63,814 nt of DNA, filler included, from Phoronis australis (GCA_002633005.1; 4 parts of 4 records of this genome joined end to end with filler, not necessarily neighbours in it), one strand, 5' to 3'. Shown: positions 35,201-49,200, numbered from the whole stretch's first letter. The notes: generated by a model not told the origin, from the sequence alone. A program made the numbers and translations.

Positions 35201-36342
35201 ATTTACGAATGGGGTTACGTGCAAATTGTGAAAATTAAGACAACGTACAAGGAGGCGCTATCGTATTCTAGTCGAAAAGAATTTCCACATTGTTTGGTTT
35301 ATTTTGAAAACTGCTACACCAGCGCAGGTACCGTACACAATTACGGCGACCTGCTACGAAATTATATGCCACTATCTCCTTGAGACAGGGTTGTTGAAGA
35401 GCCATGTTTAGGTAAACCATCAATTCTTCATAAGACTTGGCCCCATTTGAGTAGACATTGAGTAACAACATGGCTGTGATGAGATTGTTTACCTACAGAG
35501 CGTCGGTTCTAGCCTTTTCGTTGACTATACTCTGCGGAAGTGTTACAGGTTAATACTCCGATGGCCCATGCCACCACTCCCAAAAAACAACTACTCCGAA
35601 AGTACACTCCTCCGAAAAAACACCGTTACTATGATTTTTTACTCGATCTTCCTTTCACGAATGGTTTATTTATTTGTTACTTACTACAAAATACCCACAC
35701 AAAAATAAATTTGGAGAATGAAGTCCAATGACTTATTTCTACCATTATTACTGTCTTTGTAGTTAACAACTCTTGTATCCCATCAGCTTTGAAGTTCTCT
35801 TGATCCAGAGAAAATGCGACATGCACGCACCCAGGGGGGCTCGAAGGAGCCCNNNNNNNNNAAACGAGACTAAAAAGATGCAAATGTACAATTCATAGCC
35901 CTGAACGTGTTATCCCGTTTCTAGCCCCATGTTTTTTGTTTGTAAAAGGTCCTCGTTGCCAAAAATTCCAGCCCTCATAATATTTTAGACTGGGTGTTCT
36001 CATGTATTAGTGTTATAAAATGAAACAAATGCTTTCATATTTGGAAGAGGTGTGAGTTTCTTCAGAGAAGAGGTTTTTCGGAGTTGTATTGTTTTTTGGA
36101 GTAATGGGCAGTAACCATATTAGATGCATCAGCATTGAACTGCTGCGCGTATGAGCATTTCCATGCCATATGCTTTCTCTATTGTGCCAATACAACCTTC
36201 ATGAAGCTTGTGAGCAAAAAGTTTGGCCCACTATAGTACATGTATGTAATAGGGAGCATTTTGAAAATATATCTTGATGAGGTTAACGAAGAAAACGAAA
36301 AATAATGAGATAGAAACTAAATATCAGAAGGCTGCTAGGCAG

Positions 36343-36660
36343 ATTTGACCTTTAACCTCTAATTTGACCTTAAAAATGACCCCGTATTAACAAAATAACA
36401 CCAAAAAATGGACTCCCCATCACAGAAAATGGCAAACAATGTATTACACGACCCTGTTTGTCATCAAGTTGAAAAAACCAAAGTGGGTCGAAATTCAAAA
36501 CGTCGGAATCCGCCATCTTGAATTGCAAAAAATGCTCAATGTTGCACTAAGTGCAACCAAGCTAATTTTGTTCTCCTGATCGTATTTAATATATTTCAAC
36601 AAAAAACTTTACAGTAATCAACATTGAAGGGTTCACTATGGGAGCTATTGGGCTGGCAAC
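36343..36660 (+). repeat. Second copy of the Academ-like terminal segment
   Basis: Colinear with 33390-33718. Confidence 0.75.
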
Positions 36661-38544
36661 TCGTCATGAAATAATATCCCATGTCTCGTGGGATATTATT
36701 TCATGTACACCACTCTCGATACGTTTTGTGTATATATTTTTGAAAGAACAAAGACCAGGAAATATAAATATACTTTTTGTATTCATGTTCCATTATTATT
36801 TTTACGTAAAAACCTTTTTAAGTCAAACTTTCATTTTTAAGAAAGGTACATTCATAGCAAAATAACCCCTCTGTCGATTTTAATGAAACCTTTTTTAATG
36901 AAAATTTCACCAGTTATCTCAGAAAAGCTGTTAGGAATTTTCGATTAGTCTGTTCGTTTGGTTTCTATGACAAATCAACTTGCAAAACCTATAAAGAATT
37001 GAAGTCGTATTCGTCTTTGTCACATTACGCAAAAACTAGGCCTTTATATCAAAAATCCTGTCAAAGTTCTTGAGATTGATGACTAAATATTAAATTTGTA
37101 AAGTTTCATCGTTCCTAAGTTCAAATAAAGTCGATTTGCCGAAGCCGAGAAAAAGTCGATTGTAAACTTGGACAAGTGAAAATCTCACTAAGTCTTCTGA
37201 TAATTATTCGGTGAAAACTTGTTTTCGGTTCACATAACCTATACAATCCTTAACTACGTTAGCTATTTCAAAGTTCACTCGCAATGTCAACTGATTTTGC
37301 AGTGCGTAACTATCTTAATTATCATTAAAACCTCAAACAGACGTATCTTTCCCATCCAACTTTTACTGTTGTTTAAGTCCTGCTTTCTAAGTAGGTCACA
37401 GTTCGTAGCCTCACGTCACGTGCCGGGTGCCGGACTGATATGAAACCAAGTAAGAAATGGATTACAAAAATCAAATCGGTGGTTAAAGTATGTCGTTAGC
37501 ATGAGATCAAAGCATCGAAATGTCAACTTATTAATTGAATTAAGGAATTAGGGTGAAGTTTGATCTCTTTTCACGACTTTCTGAATTCATGCATGACCAC
37601 AGAGCATTCGTAGCATTCCCGGCGTTTTCAACGCCAACGGTCGTATGCATGTAGACGCACAACTCTCTTTATAGGATCAAAGATACAAAGCACTGAAAGA
37701 TACAAAGCACTGACTTTGGATAGGAATCAGTTCGGTTCAAAAACGAAGTATTAACCTGAATAATCACGAAACTCTGACCTCGAACATGTATCTGTTTCCC
37801 AAAACACGAAGTTGGCACATGACAGTGATTTCCCGTTCAGCAACTTTACTAGACGAATGGGGTTCTGAGCGTGTGATAACATCTATTGTCTTCCGTTAAC
37901 TTCCAAGCACCGTCTGTTATGACAACAGGCATGCCAATTATCTACCAGGCTTATTACAGACCACGTGTGAACACCGTGAAACCCAGAGTACATTCGGAAA
38001 GAATAGGCCATAGTCTCAGCTCTCCTATCTTTCACCTCCGTGGCCACTTTCTGGGGGCAACGGGAACTTTGCATTAAACCCATCTAAATATGTTCAAAAG
38101 TTAATTTCAAAAAATTTCTTAAGAATGCACTTGCACGTTTAGTAAGAATTTTAATTTAAATGTTGGAAAAAATACAGCCTCAACTAATATGTTAGCCACC
38201 AGGTGTCAGTGCAAAATGATCAGAACAGCCAATCAAATGCCAGGAAAATATTGTGTCCATACCTTTTCCCTTCAAAAGTCGTCTGCTTGGCATGAAAACA
38301 TTCATCAGAGTACAGTCAGCTGATGTTGTCCTGCTGGCTTATAGCTAGCTTGTCTACAGCTACTGACTACAGTCGATAGTATTAATTCTTGGTTGGGTGT
38401 GCAAGTAATAGGCAATTACCAAGGGCCAAGGCTTAAAACCAGCAGGCAGCAGTTAGGAATTGAGAAAAGCCAAATCAAGTGGCCACGAGTGTCATCATAG
38501 ATTAGTAGTAGCAGTAGTAGTACTGAAACAATTCTTGGCATATC

Positions 38545-39215
38545 ATGTCTGAACCATTTTGTGTTTTGCAAAGAACAGTTTTGAGACAGCTAGGACCCTT
38601 CCGAAACCATGTGAATTATTGAAAGAGTGTGCGACTTCACAATAGACTGGCAAGATGTCTGCCCCTTGTTGCATTCATGCCTCAGGTTCTGCTCAAATTG
38701 CTGAGCTGGAAGTTTCCGATATTACCTTGTCTAAGGCTACTGTAAACAAATGTATCAACATTGAGTGCAAGTGAAGTATCATTGTTGATAAGTTTTAAAT
38801 TAGTGGGTGGCTCTTGGGGCTTGAACGAGCCTCCCCCATTTCTTGGTAAAGTGGGTAAAATGGTCCGCCTCACAGAAACAAAATCTCCGAAAACAGTAAA
38901 AAATGAGACAAAAGGTCACTAAAAAGTCAGGAACTACCAAAATTCGGCGAACACACAATTCGTAGCTCTGAAGTATCTCTGAATCTTCACAAATGTCCAC
39001 CTCAAAAACTCGAGCCCCCCATTTTTAGGCTTGTTGCACGCATGGTTCTATCACAAGCAGTGTTACAGACACTTTACCGATGTAACAAAAATTGAAAGAG
39101 CTCTTAAAAGAGAAAAAGACCAAGCTGATGATGGAAATAATGTTGAGCCCACTAAAAAATTAAGGAGATTGTCACTGTCAGTTACATTAAGCAGTGCTCA
39201 AAGAAATGTACTGTA
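38545..39215 (+). pseudogene. N-terminal fragment of an Academ-like transposon protein, interrupted by a dispersed repeat (~38680-39040)
   Basis: MSEPFCVL… then FYHKQCYRHFTDVTKIERALKR…KLRR…S…RNVL. The YH-x-x-CY-x-x-FT motif is typical of these proteins as I recall them. Confidence 0.45.
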
Positions 39216-40282
39216 TGTGTCTTGCCACCATAATGAGCCATTTACCACAAATCAAATTTCATCACGGGGGAACTTCACAAACATAAGAAAAGTTGAAAAC
39301 CTATCCCAGTTCCAAACATTCACTTGTAAATAGGCCTATCTATTTTTAATTCGAAAAGGTGTGATTTATGGCAAATAATATTTAGCTCAGGTCACAGATT
39401 GCTTGATAAATTTGTAATAATAGCCCTCCCAATCTTAAAGGTACTGGCAGTAGTTTTTACCTACATGTGAGTGATCAGCACTGCTTTTTATGAACTTCTA
39501 ACGGCCTATTTTGAGACCCTTTTATGTAAATCAAGAGCAGTGTTTGGAAATTGAGAAATATGAAAATGGAAATGTTGCCTGTGTTCTGTAATTCATTAAT
39601 CTTGAAAATTCCAATGTTGCGCAGATTTCAGTATCTCACTTTTTGAAGATTGAAGCTTTTAGCGTAGGAAATTTTTTACTCTTCCAATTATGATGTGCTA
39701 TTTAAAATAGGAAATGTCGAAAGAAATTTTAGATCTACAGTAAAAAAGACTCATTTCAATTTCAAACAAAAACTATTCAGTTGCCAACGTGACCATTCAT
39801 TTATTTTCAAAGGCTGAACTACAGTATTAAGGATGATAAAAATGTTTCTATGTTTTAAATTGTTTGAAGGCTGCTGCACAGTGCAATCAATAATAGTAAT
39901 GATGCTCATTTCTCTGCTTATTTTTGCTGAGAACTTGGACAAAATGAAATTTCAGTTGTTGGCCAGTGACTGTGTGCTAAAGTGAAGAGCATTTTGGTTG
40001 TCTATTTCAGTTAAATAGGATTACGGTAAAGTCGCGTGATTTTCGGACGGCCCGCCATTTTCGACCAAGAATAAATATTTCCGAAATGAGTTTTTCATAG
40101 TCCACGAAATTCGTACAAGGTCCAAAAACTGTTTTTTAATGATCTTCGAACTTCGGACAATGTCATAAACGTCGGATTTTTGCCCCGCGACTTTCGGACA
40201 AGGAAAATTTTAGAAACGCTAATTTGGGATCGACGCAANNNNNNNNNNNNNNNNNNNNNNNNNNNNNNNNNNNNNNNNNNNN

Positions 40283-40294
40283 TTAATTAATTAA
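40283..40294. other. Artificial scaffold linker
   Basis: N-TTAATTAATTAA-N. Confidence 0.95.
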
Positions 40295-40338
40295 NNNNNN
40301 NNNNNNNNNNNNNNNNNNNNNNNNNNNNNNNNNNNNNN

Positions 40339-41177
40339 CTCCAACACTTTAGCCAAGTCCACAATAAACTTATCAAAGTTTGGCTCACCGATCTGTTCAC
40401 TGGACGATGAACTGTCCTCTTCACTGGGTGTCCAACTGGGCCTGTAATCACTCCCACTAATCAATATCGCTGCAGGGCTGCTTAGAGCTAGGCTCTGGGC
40501 TGGAGAAAACAGCACAGGGCGAATCGCTACTGGTTCCAGGAATGGCACGCTCTGGCGTACGTTCGGAGGCACGGGTGACACTAGATGAAGTGCCTTCACT
40601 GGCTCCAGTCACTGTACTGGCCACGGGGCACTGCCGGGAATCAACACAGACGAAATCATGGCATCCTTCTTCAGGCGTCGTTTCACAGGGACCTTCATCA
40701 GTTCAGCGTACAAATCCCTTTCGTAATCGGACGGCAGAAAGTGCTTGCCACACACACGGTAATTCTCGACTGCTTTGTACGTAGCGTGGACGGGTAACGC
40801 AGCGTTCTTCACACGAACGAGCCAAGTACGACGAAGTGTGTCATCCATCGGAAAGCGATGCAACGGTACTCCCAAAGCGCGCGTGAGCCGATAATTAGTA
40901 TATCCCGGAACGCAGCAACAGTGTGGCATGTTGACTGACTAGTAAATGAAAGCAAACGACGACGGAACTTAACACAACCGAGATAGAACAATGACTGACT
41001 CGGCAGCTCTCACTATATGAAAAGAAATTGGCGCGAAATGCTTGCCTCCTAAAACGTCACTTCCGGAGTAGCGGACGAGTAATTAACAAAATTACGAAAA
41101 GCTGTAATTAAGTGGAAAGGATAACCAACCAACGTTATTTTAGCTCAAACTGACATGCAAAAAGGTTGCCTTCGCCT
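40339..41177 (-). mobile_element. 5' end of a decayed THAP-domain DNA transposon (Kolobok-like), truncated by the linker
   Basis: ORF 40929→40609 is a THAP fold: CCVPG(Y)…LHRFP…RRTW…RVCGKHF…RRLKKDA. It is followed by an acidic linker and DYRPS…KFIVDLAKVLE. The minus-strand terminus reads TTAA|AGGCGAAGGCAACC (TTAA at 41178-41181). It has an in-frame stop, and a Cys→Tyr change in the zinc ligands. Confidence 0.75.
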
Positions 41178-41989
41178 TTAAAAACACTACGGCAGGCATT
41201 CAGAGTTCATTAGTGAACGGGATGAGATGTCTGCTCAAAAATCGGCCAACAAAATCTGGAATATCATTCGGGGATTGAGGAATTATCGATGACTAAACTA
41301 TGATGTGAAATTTGACAGAGAAGCAAATTATTTTTTTAACATTCCTCGCCTTTAGGAAACCGTAGGCCTACAAACCGTTGCACATGCACTTCATCACGGC
41401 AATTCCCACCCCACAGCTGCTTTTGACCCTCAGTAATGACTCGTCGACATGGGATTAGCATTTGCCAGGAATCGTAGTAAGAATTAAGGACTTTAAAAAT
41501 TGGCGGCAATGAAGTGCGGTGAGTATGAAGTGTGAGTTTGCAAGCATGATTGGAGTCTGAGTATGGAGATTGGAGACCGGGGCCAGGTAAACTATAAGCA
41601 CGTCTTTGATTGTACAAATTTTTAAAATTATAATTTTTATAAGATACTGAAAATTTGTAACATATTTTTTCTAGTCTTAATAATTGAAAACGGCAGCTAA
41701 ATATAATAATCTCTTCCATATAGAAACTCTCACACTGTTGATATAGGCATACATACTATCTCAGAATGCAATAGAGAGGAACTGGTGTGGGGCATGTGCA
41801 TTGAGATTTGCACATTTGCTATTAAATAGTTTGATACGAAATGACCCATCCAATCAGAAGATTGCTTAACTTTTCACAACTCCTCCTACTTAATCTGATG
41901 GCTAAAAACAGCTAGCCCTTAGATCCTACTCACCAAAAGTACTTCTTCAATATATATCATGGCTTTGCATGTAAGCTCTGCCCACTTAC

Positions 41990-42203
41990 CATATCGGCCC
42001 AATAGCATACTTGTCGTCGCCACAGCCCCCTGACACGCACAGATCATAATCACAGAAGCACAAATCCGCATCTATCTTCACATTGGTGAATTTTGCCACG
42101 AAACTCAAGATACTTTCAATCTTGGTGTTGTCAGTGACACAGCCACTACGCTGTGAACTTGCAATACAACTGCGGGTATGGACTTTGGCACCTACACTTC
42201 CCC
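41990..42203 (-). CDS. Ly6/uPAR three-finger (quiver/sleepless-like) protein, C-terminal domain exon
   Basis: tttcag|GG…ATA TG|gtaagt; encodes GSVGAKVHTRSCIASSQRSGCVTDNTKIESILSFVAKFTNVKIDADLCFCDYDLCVSGGCGDDKYAIGPI. The phase-1 start matches the exon ending at 46012. R-x-C and C-x-C-x-x-D-x-C motifs are present. Confidence 0.8.
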
Positions 42204-42516
42204 CTGAAAAAGATTACACATAAGTTATACACTGCATATTATTTCCAAACCAGCACCTATGAATGTTCTAATTGCAGGGATTACAATAGGCACTTGGAAT
42301 TTCATTATCAGCTTTTTTCGCTGGGGGATCAAGAAACTGAGATGGCGGGGCAGAGATAATTGCTGACTGACAATATTCCTTCCAGTCCAATTTTAAACAC
42401 TGCTAACTATTAACAAAGGAACTTTTTCATTGTTTACTCGACAAAAATCAGTCAGTTAACTATAACAATAGAAAAGATACATTACAGCAGTAGAAAAGAG
42501 ACATAGCATGCATTGA

Positions 42517-42726
42517 AACTGCTGTTCCTTTGTTGATATGTCCCAACCACTATTGTGTAACTGCTGTTCCTTTGTTAATATGCCCCAATCTAATGTGTAA
42601 CTGCTGTTCCTTTGTTGATATGTCCCAATCTCTAATGTGTAACTGCTGTTCCTTTGTTGATATACCCAATCTCTAATGCGTAACTGCTGTTCCTTTGTTG
42701 GTATGTCCCAACCTTCATTGTGTAAC
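42517..42726 (+). repeat. Minisatellite, 5 copies of a 40-42 bp unit
   Basis: Units begin aactgctgttcctttgtt at 42517, 42559, 42599, 42641 and 42682. Confidence 0.95.
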
Positions 42727-45700
42727 CTGCCAGAGCAACACCATTAAGTGTCAACAAAGGATTCCTTGCATGTGGGAAGCTTGCAAACAAATTAGCTGCA
42801 GGCAATTTAATTTACAGCAAATGTGCAGCAGGCTTATTGTCAAACTTGTTGCAACCTATAATTTCTTTCAGTAAATAAACATGCAGTGGTTGATCTCGTC
42901 AAGATGCACTTCCCCATTCCAAATTTAGACTAATTCTTCAAGAGTATGACCCTGATAAGCAGTGGTGTACACAAGTTGCGTCGAGATTGGACAACTCGAC
43001 CAGTTTTCGTACCTAAAAATCTGACACAATGACAAAAGACAAGGCATGTAGTTGTAGGCAAAAAATTGCGGCTGGACGCCACTGAGCTGCTGATGTAAAG
43101 GTTCTCTAGATAATCAGACGTCATAATGACATTGGGGGCTAGGTACAGCTTAATGAGGGCAATTGCAATAAAGGCTCATTAACCAAGGGGTAGCAGTTGG
43201 AAACTGAAGTGAGCCGAGTGCCATCGTACAATTCTAATGGTATGACAAGCAAATGGCAGGTTTTGGTCGAAACATGTAGATATGTAACAACTCTATGGTG
43301 TCATTCATAGTAGAAGTGTAGCTTAAGGCATGAGTTGCGGAATTTTGATGGAATGTTCTGATAAAATAAACCGTTGTTACTGACAATTGAGGCAGAACGG
43401 CAAAGCAAAAATTGTCTAAATGTTTTAAGTGCAACTATTTGTGTTTAGTGAGGTTGCACAGGTGTCGTAACGGTTTTGTGCAGACTCGGATGCAGCACAA
43501 ATAGTATTTGAACAAAGTGTCACTGGGTGTACTAAAGGTTAGAACAAGTCTTCAGATCACGGAAGAAGAATTCTTGAACAGCCCCAAAAATGCAAAGCTG
43601 AGCTTAATGATATGTGCCTACTGTGCACATCACAAACGACAATGATAAAAAGATGCTGAAATGAATCTATGGCAGATCCATTCGAAAATCAAAATCAGTT
43701 GTCCTCTCCTACAAAGTTCAAAATTCATGAATATCCATCAAAAACAACAACTTGCCACTACGGGATGCCATACTGGTCAGATCCATCCATGGTTTAAAAG
43801 TCCCCTCGATATCTGGTTGAAATTCCTGAACAATACCAATGTTGTAGGTACCCAGGCTGAGCAGTGCTAAAGTCAGCATGATGAAAAGTGGTGAATTCTT
43901 TTTACCCTTGTTTTCTAAATATGTAACCTAAGTCCGTAAAATATGAGTCTCCAAAATTTCGCTCCCGACGTCTTATTTGTCAAATCTTACTTTCTTGATA
44001 ATTTCCATCACTTTCTGCATCGATTTTTACTGATCTGGCTCTTCGAAACACTTATAATTTTCAAGGGAATTTTAACTTTCATTTGATTTTTTGAAAAAAA
44101 ATATATGCTCAAAATCCGTAGGTAGTGATTTTTAGGGCTATAAAAGTAGGTAGAATACAGATAAATATGTAACAGTTGGAAATCATGCAATAGCAATTGC
44201 ATGGTAAAGCTCTACGTCACATTACTGTCCAATTTTTATTTTAACTTAATTATCTGGGTCGTTTCATGCAAAGTGATAAGACCAATGGGCCGTGTACTTG
44301 TTGAGCTTTAAGAAAATCATGAAAGAGTGCTTTGCTCTAAACACAAGAGTGCCTTCTTAGAAAAAACATGAATCACAAAACTTGCTCTAAACACAAGAGT
44401 GCCTTCTTATAAAAATATGAGTCAAAACGCATTCATCTAACAAACAAAAGCAGAGGAAACCAATGATTGACGTAGGTGAACTGACCTGGAATCATGCCCA
44501 ACAGAAAAAGGTAACACAAAATATAAACAAAGCCCAATCCAGTAGTCCAGTTTTAACCAGTGTCGGTGTCAACGTAGGATTCTTTTCATGTTTACTTACT
44601 GCACAATTTTAAGCACATGCTCGAAAGTGTGCATGCTATGTGCAGAATTGGAATTTTTACAAGGCCAAATAAAATCGAGGTTGCATTGAAGACCTACAGG
44701 TGGTCCCCATCAATTAAGCTCTACTGACTTGTTATGAAAACTTAGGAGCATGCACCATTGAAGTAGAATGCATGAACACAAGCAAGGCTATCTATACACA
44801 CCAAAGATTGGATTTCCTTCGACACCCATGTACAAACTGGCATAACAAGACATTAAGTGTCACATTGATGAGCGTAAGCTTATGCAGGACCTCAATAACA
44901 AGTCTGTGTATTAACTAAATATCTACAAATAAGTACAGTTTTTAACTCAGTAATGGTATTTTGCAAAATTAGAAAGATGGTAGAATTTGATTTTAGACCT
45001 TTTACCAATCTGCCATTGACAAAATTTATGCAAAAACCGAAAGGCATATCGATAGCAAAATGACAGTATCGATAACATGACCAAACTTACTCAATATCAA
45101 TGCTAAACATGAAATCTCAAAAATGGTGTTATAGTTTTCTAAATTATCATTTCATTTTGTTTCATGTAACTTTAAAGACCATCATAAAAGTCCAACTTTG
45201 ATAGCCTCTCTACATGCAATACTGGAACAGTTCTTAATAGTGCATAAAGCACTATAGTTCCAATCGATCAGTCATGATGTTCCAAACTCAGCTAAATGTG
45301 GTCATTTTAATCTACGGTCCTCCTAAACATATTACCCTACTTGGCCAAAAAACAAAAACCGACTTAGGCCTTTTACTTTGATGAAATCAGTCTCATAATA
45401 TTCCGTACCTAATTAACTAACCAAGTTAAGTCAGAGACAATGCGTACATGTGCCATTTTCAAATTCATGAATTTTAGGATTGTCCATGCCCCAAAAAACT
45501 CCAGAAGCCTTTTCATGAGTCCCTGGTGGTTTCTATGGTCTTTTTGCTAATGTAAACAGAATTCTGTCATAGTAAAGAACATTAATTGAGACACCAATGT
45601 CATGACAGTAGATTTAAAATGTCCAAATTTTATTTTTGTTTCTCAAAATGCTGCGTTAACTGTAATCTCAACATGGACTGAGAGGTCACTCGACAAAAGG

Positions 45701-46011
45701 AAAGTTGGAGTATACAGGCTGGAGTTTTTGTAGATAGTAGTTACTTGATAGATCCTGTGTCAGGCAGTTTGATATGAGGAGAGCATTCTGTTACAGTACT
45801 CTGTTCTATTCAAACTACTGTACAGAAGGATGATATTTGTGACATGAAGAGAGCATTTTGCAAGGGTATTCTGTAATGTATTCAGATCATTGTACTGGAG
45901 GATGATACTTGCCAAATCTCAAAACATCATTTTATGCTGCGCTCTGGCGCCGTTTTTGTTTTCAACTTCCTGCTTCTAATTTGGCCAAAAGCCAATACTT
46001 TTCCAACTCAC

Positions 46012-46215
46012 CAAAAGGAACATCAAACGTGACTTCTCCCTTGACAAATCCGCACACTTGACCACTAGAGCACGTCCGTACGTTCACTTTGTTGTCTAGT
46101 GCATCAAATGTGGTTGAAGCACAAGCCGTGTTGGTCTTCACTGACCCGATGATGCTCTTCACAATGCTGTTGTCCGTGTCCAGTTCAACATTTTCACATT
46201 CAAAACATTGCAGGC
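46012..46215 (-). CDS. Ly6/uPAR three-finger protein, N-terminal domain exon
   Basis: tacag|GC CTG…TTT G|gtgagt; encodes LQCFECENVELDTDNSIVKSIIGSVKTNTACASTTFDALDNKVNVRTCSSGQVCGFVKGEVTFDVPF. An L-x-C-F-x-C start after a phase-1 intron is typical of Ly6 genes. Confidence 0.8.
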
Positions 46216-49200
46216 CTGTACAAGGATTATACAAAACAGGTCAATCAGTGTTGAAATCAATGTAATTACCGGTACATCCACAAGTTATACAATTGCACAA
46301 CCATGGATGCTCATGAGAGCGAAATCAAAAATGGGGTTGACTTTAGTTGTCTCTCAGTCATTATCATACATAACCCATCACTCTTGGTCAGACTATGGTG
46401 CATTTGGCCCGACTGTTCATGTAAGTCATGCATCAACATTTCCGCTGGGTTACCACCTAACCAGGCCTTCATGCAGCATATGTCCTGGGCGTCCAAATGG
46501 ATGCCCTAGCACTAATCTGTGCGCCCTAACAAGGACCTCAATGTATCATTTGGACGCCCTGTCAATCAGAATTTTTCCTTTAGACACCCACATTGTAAGC
46601 TTACTAGGACACCCCAGTTAATGAAGGAGAGAAGTTGGTGCTTTCAACTCCCAAATAATTATACATTGTATATAAATATATAAAATGTTACATTGTTCAA
46701 AGTATTTTCAAAGTATTTAGAAGACCTGTCAATAATAAGCACATGTTTGGTTGCCAGAGTGCCTCTGCCATAGACATCTAGGCATCATCTGTGCATTTTT
46801 CTTGTATTGGTTACTGCAGCTTTGATGACTCGATATAAAGCTAGTTAAGATGATATTATAAACTTTATAACAGCAATTTGGACTCATCGTTCAACCAAAA
46901 TCTGTAATATCTGTAATACCTGTTTGGTTAGCTATTTGGCTGTTTTCGTAAATTTAGACATAAAAGTCTCGATCCACACAGGTTTTTTTTTTTCAGTAAA
47001 AAGATCACTACAAGAGAGCTATTTTTGTATACTTAGATGAAAAGCCTTGTTCAACGCATTTTCTCTGTGTGGGGGGGGGGGTTACTGGTGAATGGCGGNN
47101 NNNNNNNNNNNNNNNNNNNNNNNNNNNNNNNNNNNNNNNNNNNNNNNNNNNNNNNNNNNNNNNNNNNNNNNNNNGCGGCGGGGAGTGGGGGTAATGAGTC
47201 ATTGGAATCATGGACGCCCTGGAATATTGGGAACCCCATTTTGGACACCCTACTTTCGAAATCCTGGATGTAGCCCAGCACCTAACTGCCAATACCGATT
47301 GTGTGCCGGTCTCATGTCTTAATTAATTTGGGGTCCGTTGGGTCCTTTTTAGGTTTGATTAGTGTTAGGTTTAAAGGTGTATTTAGGAAGTATCTTTGCA
47401 ATATATTCCTACACATGGTTGAATATAACAAAAATAGCACATTTCAACTTTAATTTTACAAACAAAAACTGCTAGATCTTTTCCAAAAATTAAGATATTT
47501 CTGAGTAGTGCCAATGTATCTAGTAAACTATTTCACTCATCAACTTGTGTTATAGCTTAAGCAAACCTGTTTTTAAACTGCATTGAGCATGTTCTTCAGA
47601 GCTAGTTTTCCAACAAGACATGATGGTGGCTTTTCTGACAAAATTTGTTAAGAAAAGGTGTACTTTCCAATTTCCTCAAAAAATATTTCCATTGAGAGTT
47701 TGAAACAAATTATACAAAGTAATCATATAGTTTTAACTACAGAATCATTATACTTTTTAAACTTCAGTAGCGAAATGTGTGATACACATTTCTAACAACA
47801 CGGTATTTCTTTCTGTATTATTTCATCTGCTAAAGAATAATACAGAAACGGTTATGGTAAAAATTCTTCAGTCTGGGACACTAAATGGCACACAAGTGAA
47901 GTTTTACGTTAATTGTCAACAAAAATAATTTTTACGGAAAATTTACTTTGCTCTTAGCATGATTTGTATGACGTAGCTATTAGCAAACAATGTTTGGTAA
48001 AATTTTTAACATTTGCAACAAAGTGGTAAGCCTCTCAAAAATACAAATATGGCAGTTTCAGCAATCATTTTTTGTCCCAAATTAAAGAAATTATAACTTT
48101 TAACAAAAGATAAAGCACCATACAAAAGAGAAACTTTTTCATGGAAGTTCCTAACAAATGGATACCACTCTCCACTTGGGAAAGACCGTAGTCTAATTTT
48201 CCAATGGCAACCCCAAAACATAGATGAGAATAGTACAAGCAAGGTGGAAATCAAGGGTCACAACAACCGCAGGTCATTCAAGTTTGATCATTGAATGAAG
48301 AATTTCTTGAAAAGTAATTATGAGAAACAAAAATCAGTTTTAGCAGACTCTGAAATTGGGGATACTTAAATTTCAAGCCAAAAATGAATTTATATTAATT
48401 GATATCATCTTATTAAACTAAATAAAAATACTTGGACACTTCATACTGCACATTTTCCAATATTGTCACATATAAATATAATGAGGTTCGTGTGCTGTGC
48501 GTGAACTCCTACTTAAGCTCAAGATTGCCTATGCTTGAATTTGGAATACACCAGAAAACTTGACAAGTTCACTCAAATAATCACATTCATGTTGACAAAA
48601 ATTTGCACTACACTAATAAAATCAAATTACATGCTAATTAAATAAATTGTAAGCATCCAAACAATAATGGATTTAACCGTTCACATATTTGATTCTTTGA
48701 CACAAGTTACGGTAAAGAAGATAACGGGTCGATCATGAGGCCTATAATTTCAAAAATTCGTTACACTGAACAAAAAATTCACCTGATTGCCCCCAGAATA
48801 TTTAATTCCAAGTTTATGCAAACACGAGTTTGAGATTAAGCAGGATTCCAACTACACACACGAGACATGAACCTTCGTAGAAATGATTATTACAAGTTGA
48901 AAATACAATACAGCACTACAGACTGCCAATGGGTCGCTGAAAGGTCAAGGACATTTGACAGCTCAGAGTACCGATTTTTTTCAATATATTTACCGTCTGC
49001 ACTAGCCTGATTCTAACATTTCAGAAAAGTATTCTATTTTGTAAAAACCCTTCGAACTATATGCAGTTCTTTATTACACTCGAGTACGAAACGAATGTCA
49101 AATTCATAATTAAAACTTTTCATAAGAAATATTGTATTCAATTTCCGTATTCCATCGAACTCGACAGACTGGAAAGGTACTCGAACACAGAATAGAAAAC

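Noticed and set aside
33390-36660. LTR retrotransposon (two direct repeats ~3 kb apart)
   Set aside because: No TG…CA ends, PBS/PPT or gag-pol motifs seen; the copies are diverged and the internal sequence looks like a DNA transposon.
42517-42726. CRISPR-like appearance (regular ~41-bp period)
   Set aside because: The putative spacers are near-identical to each other, there are no cas genes, and the context is a eukaryotic intron. It is a minisatellite.
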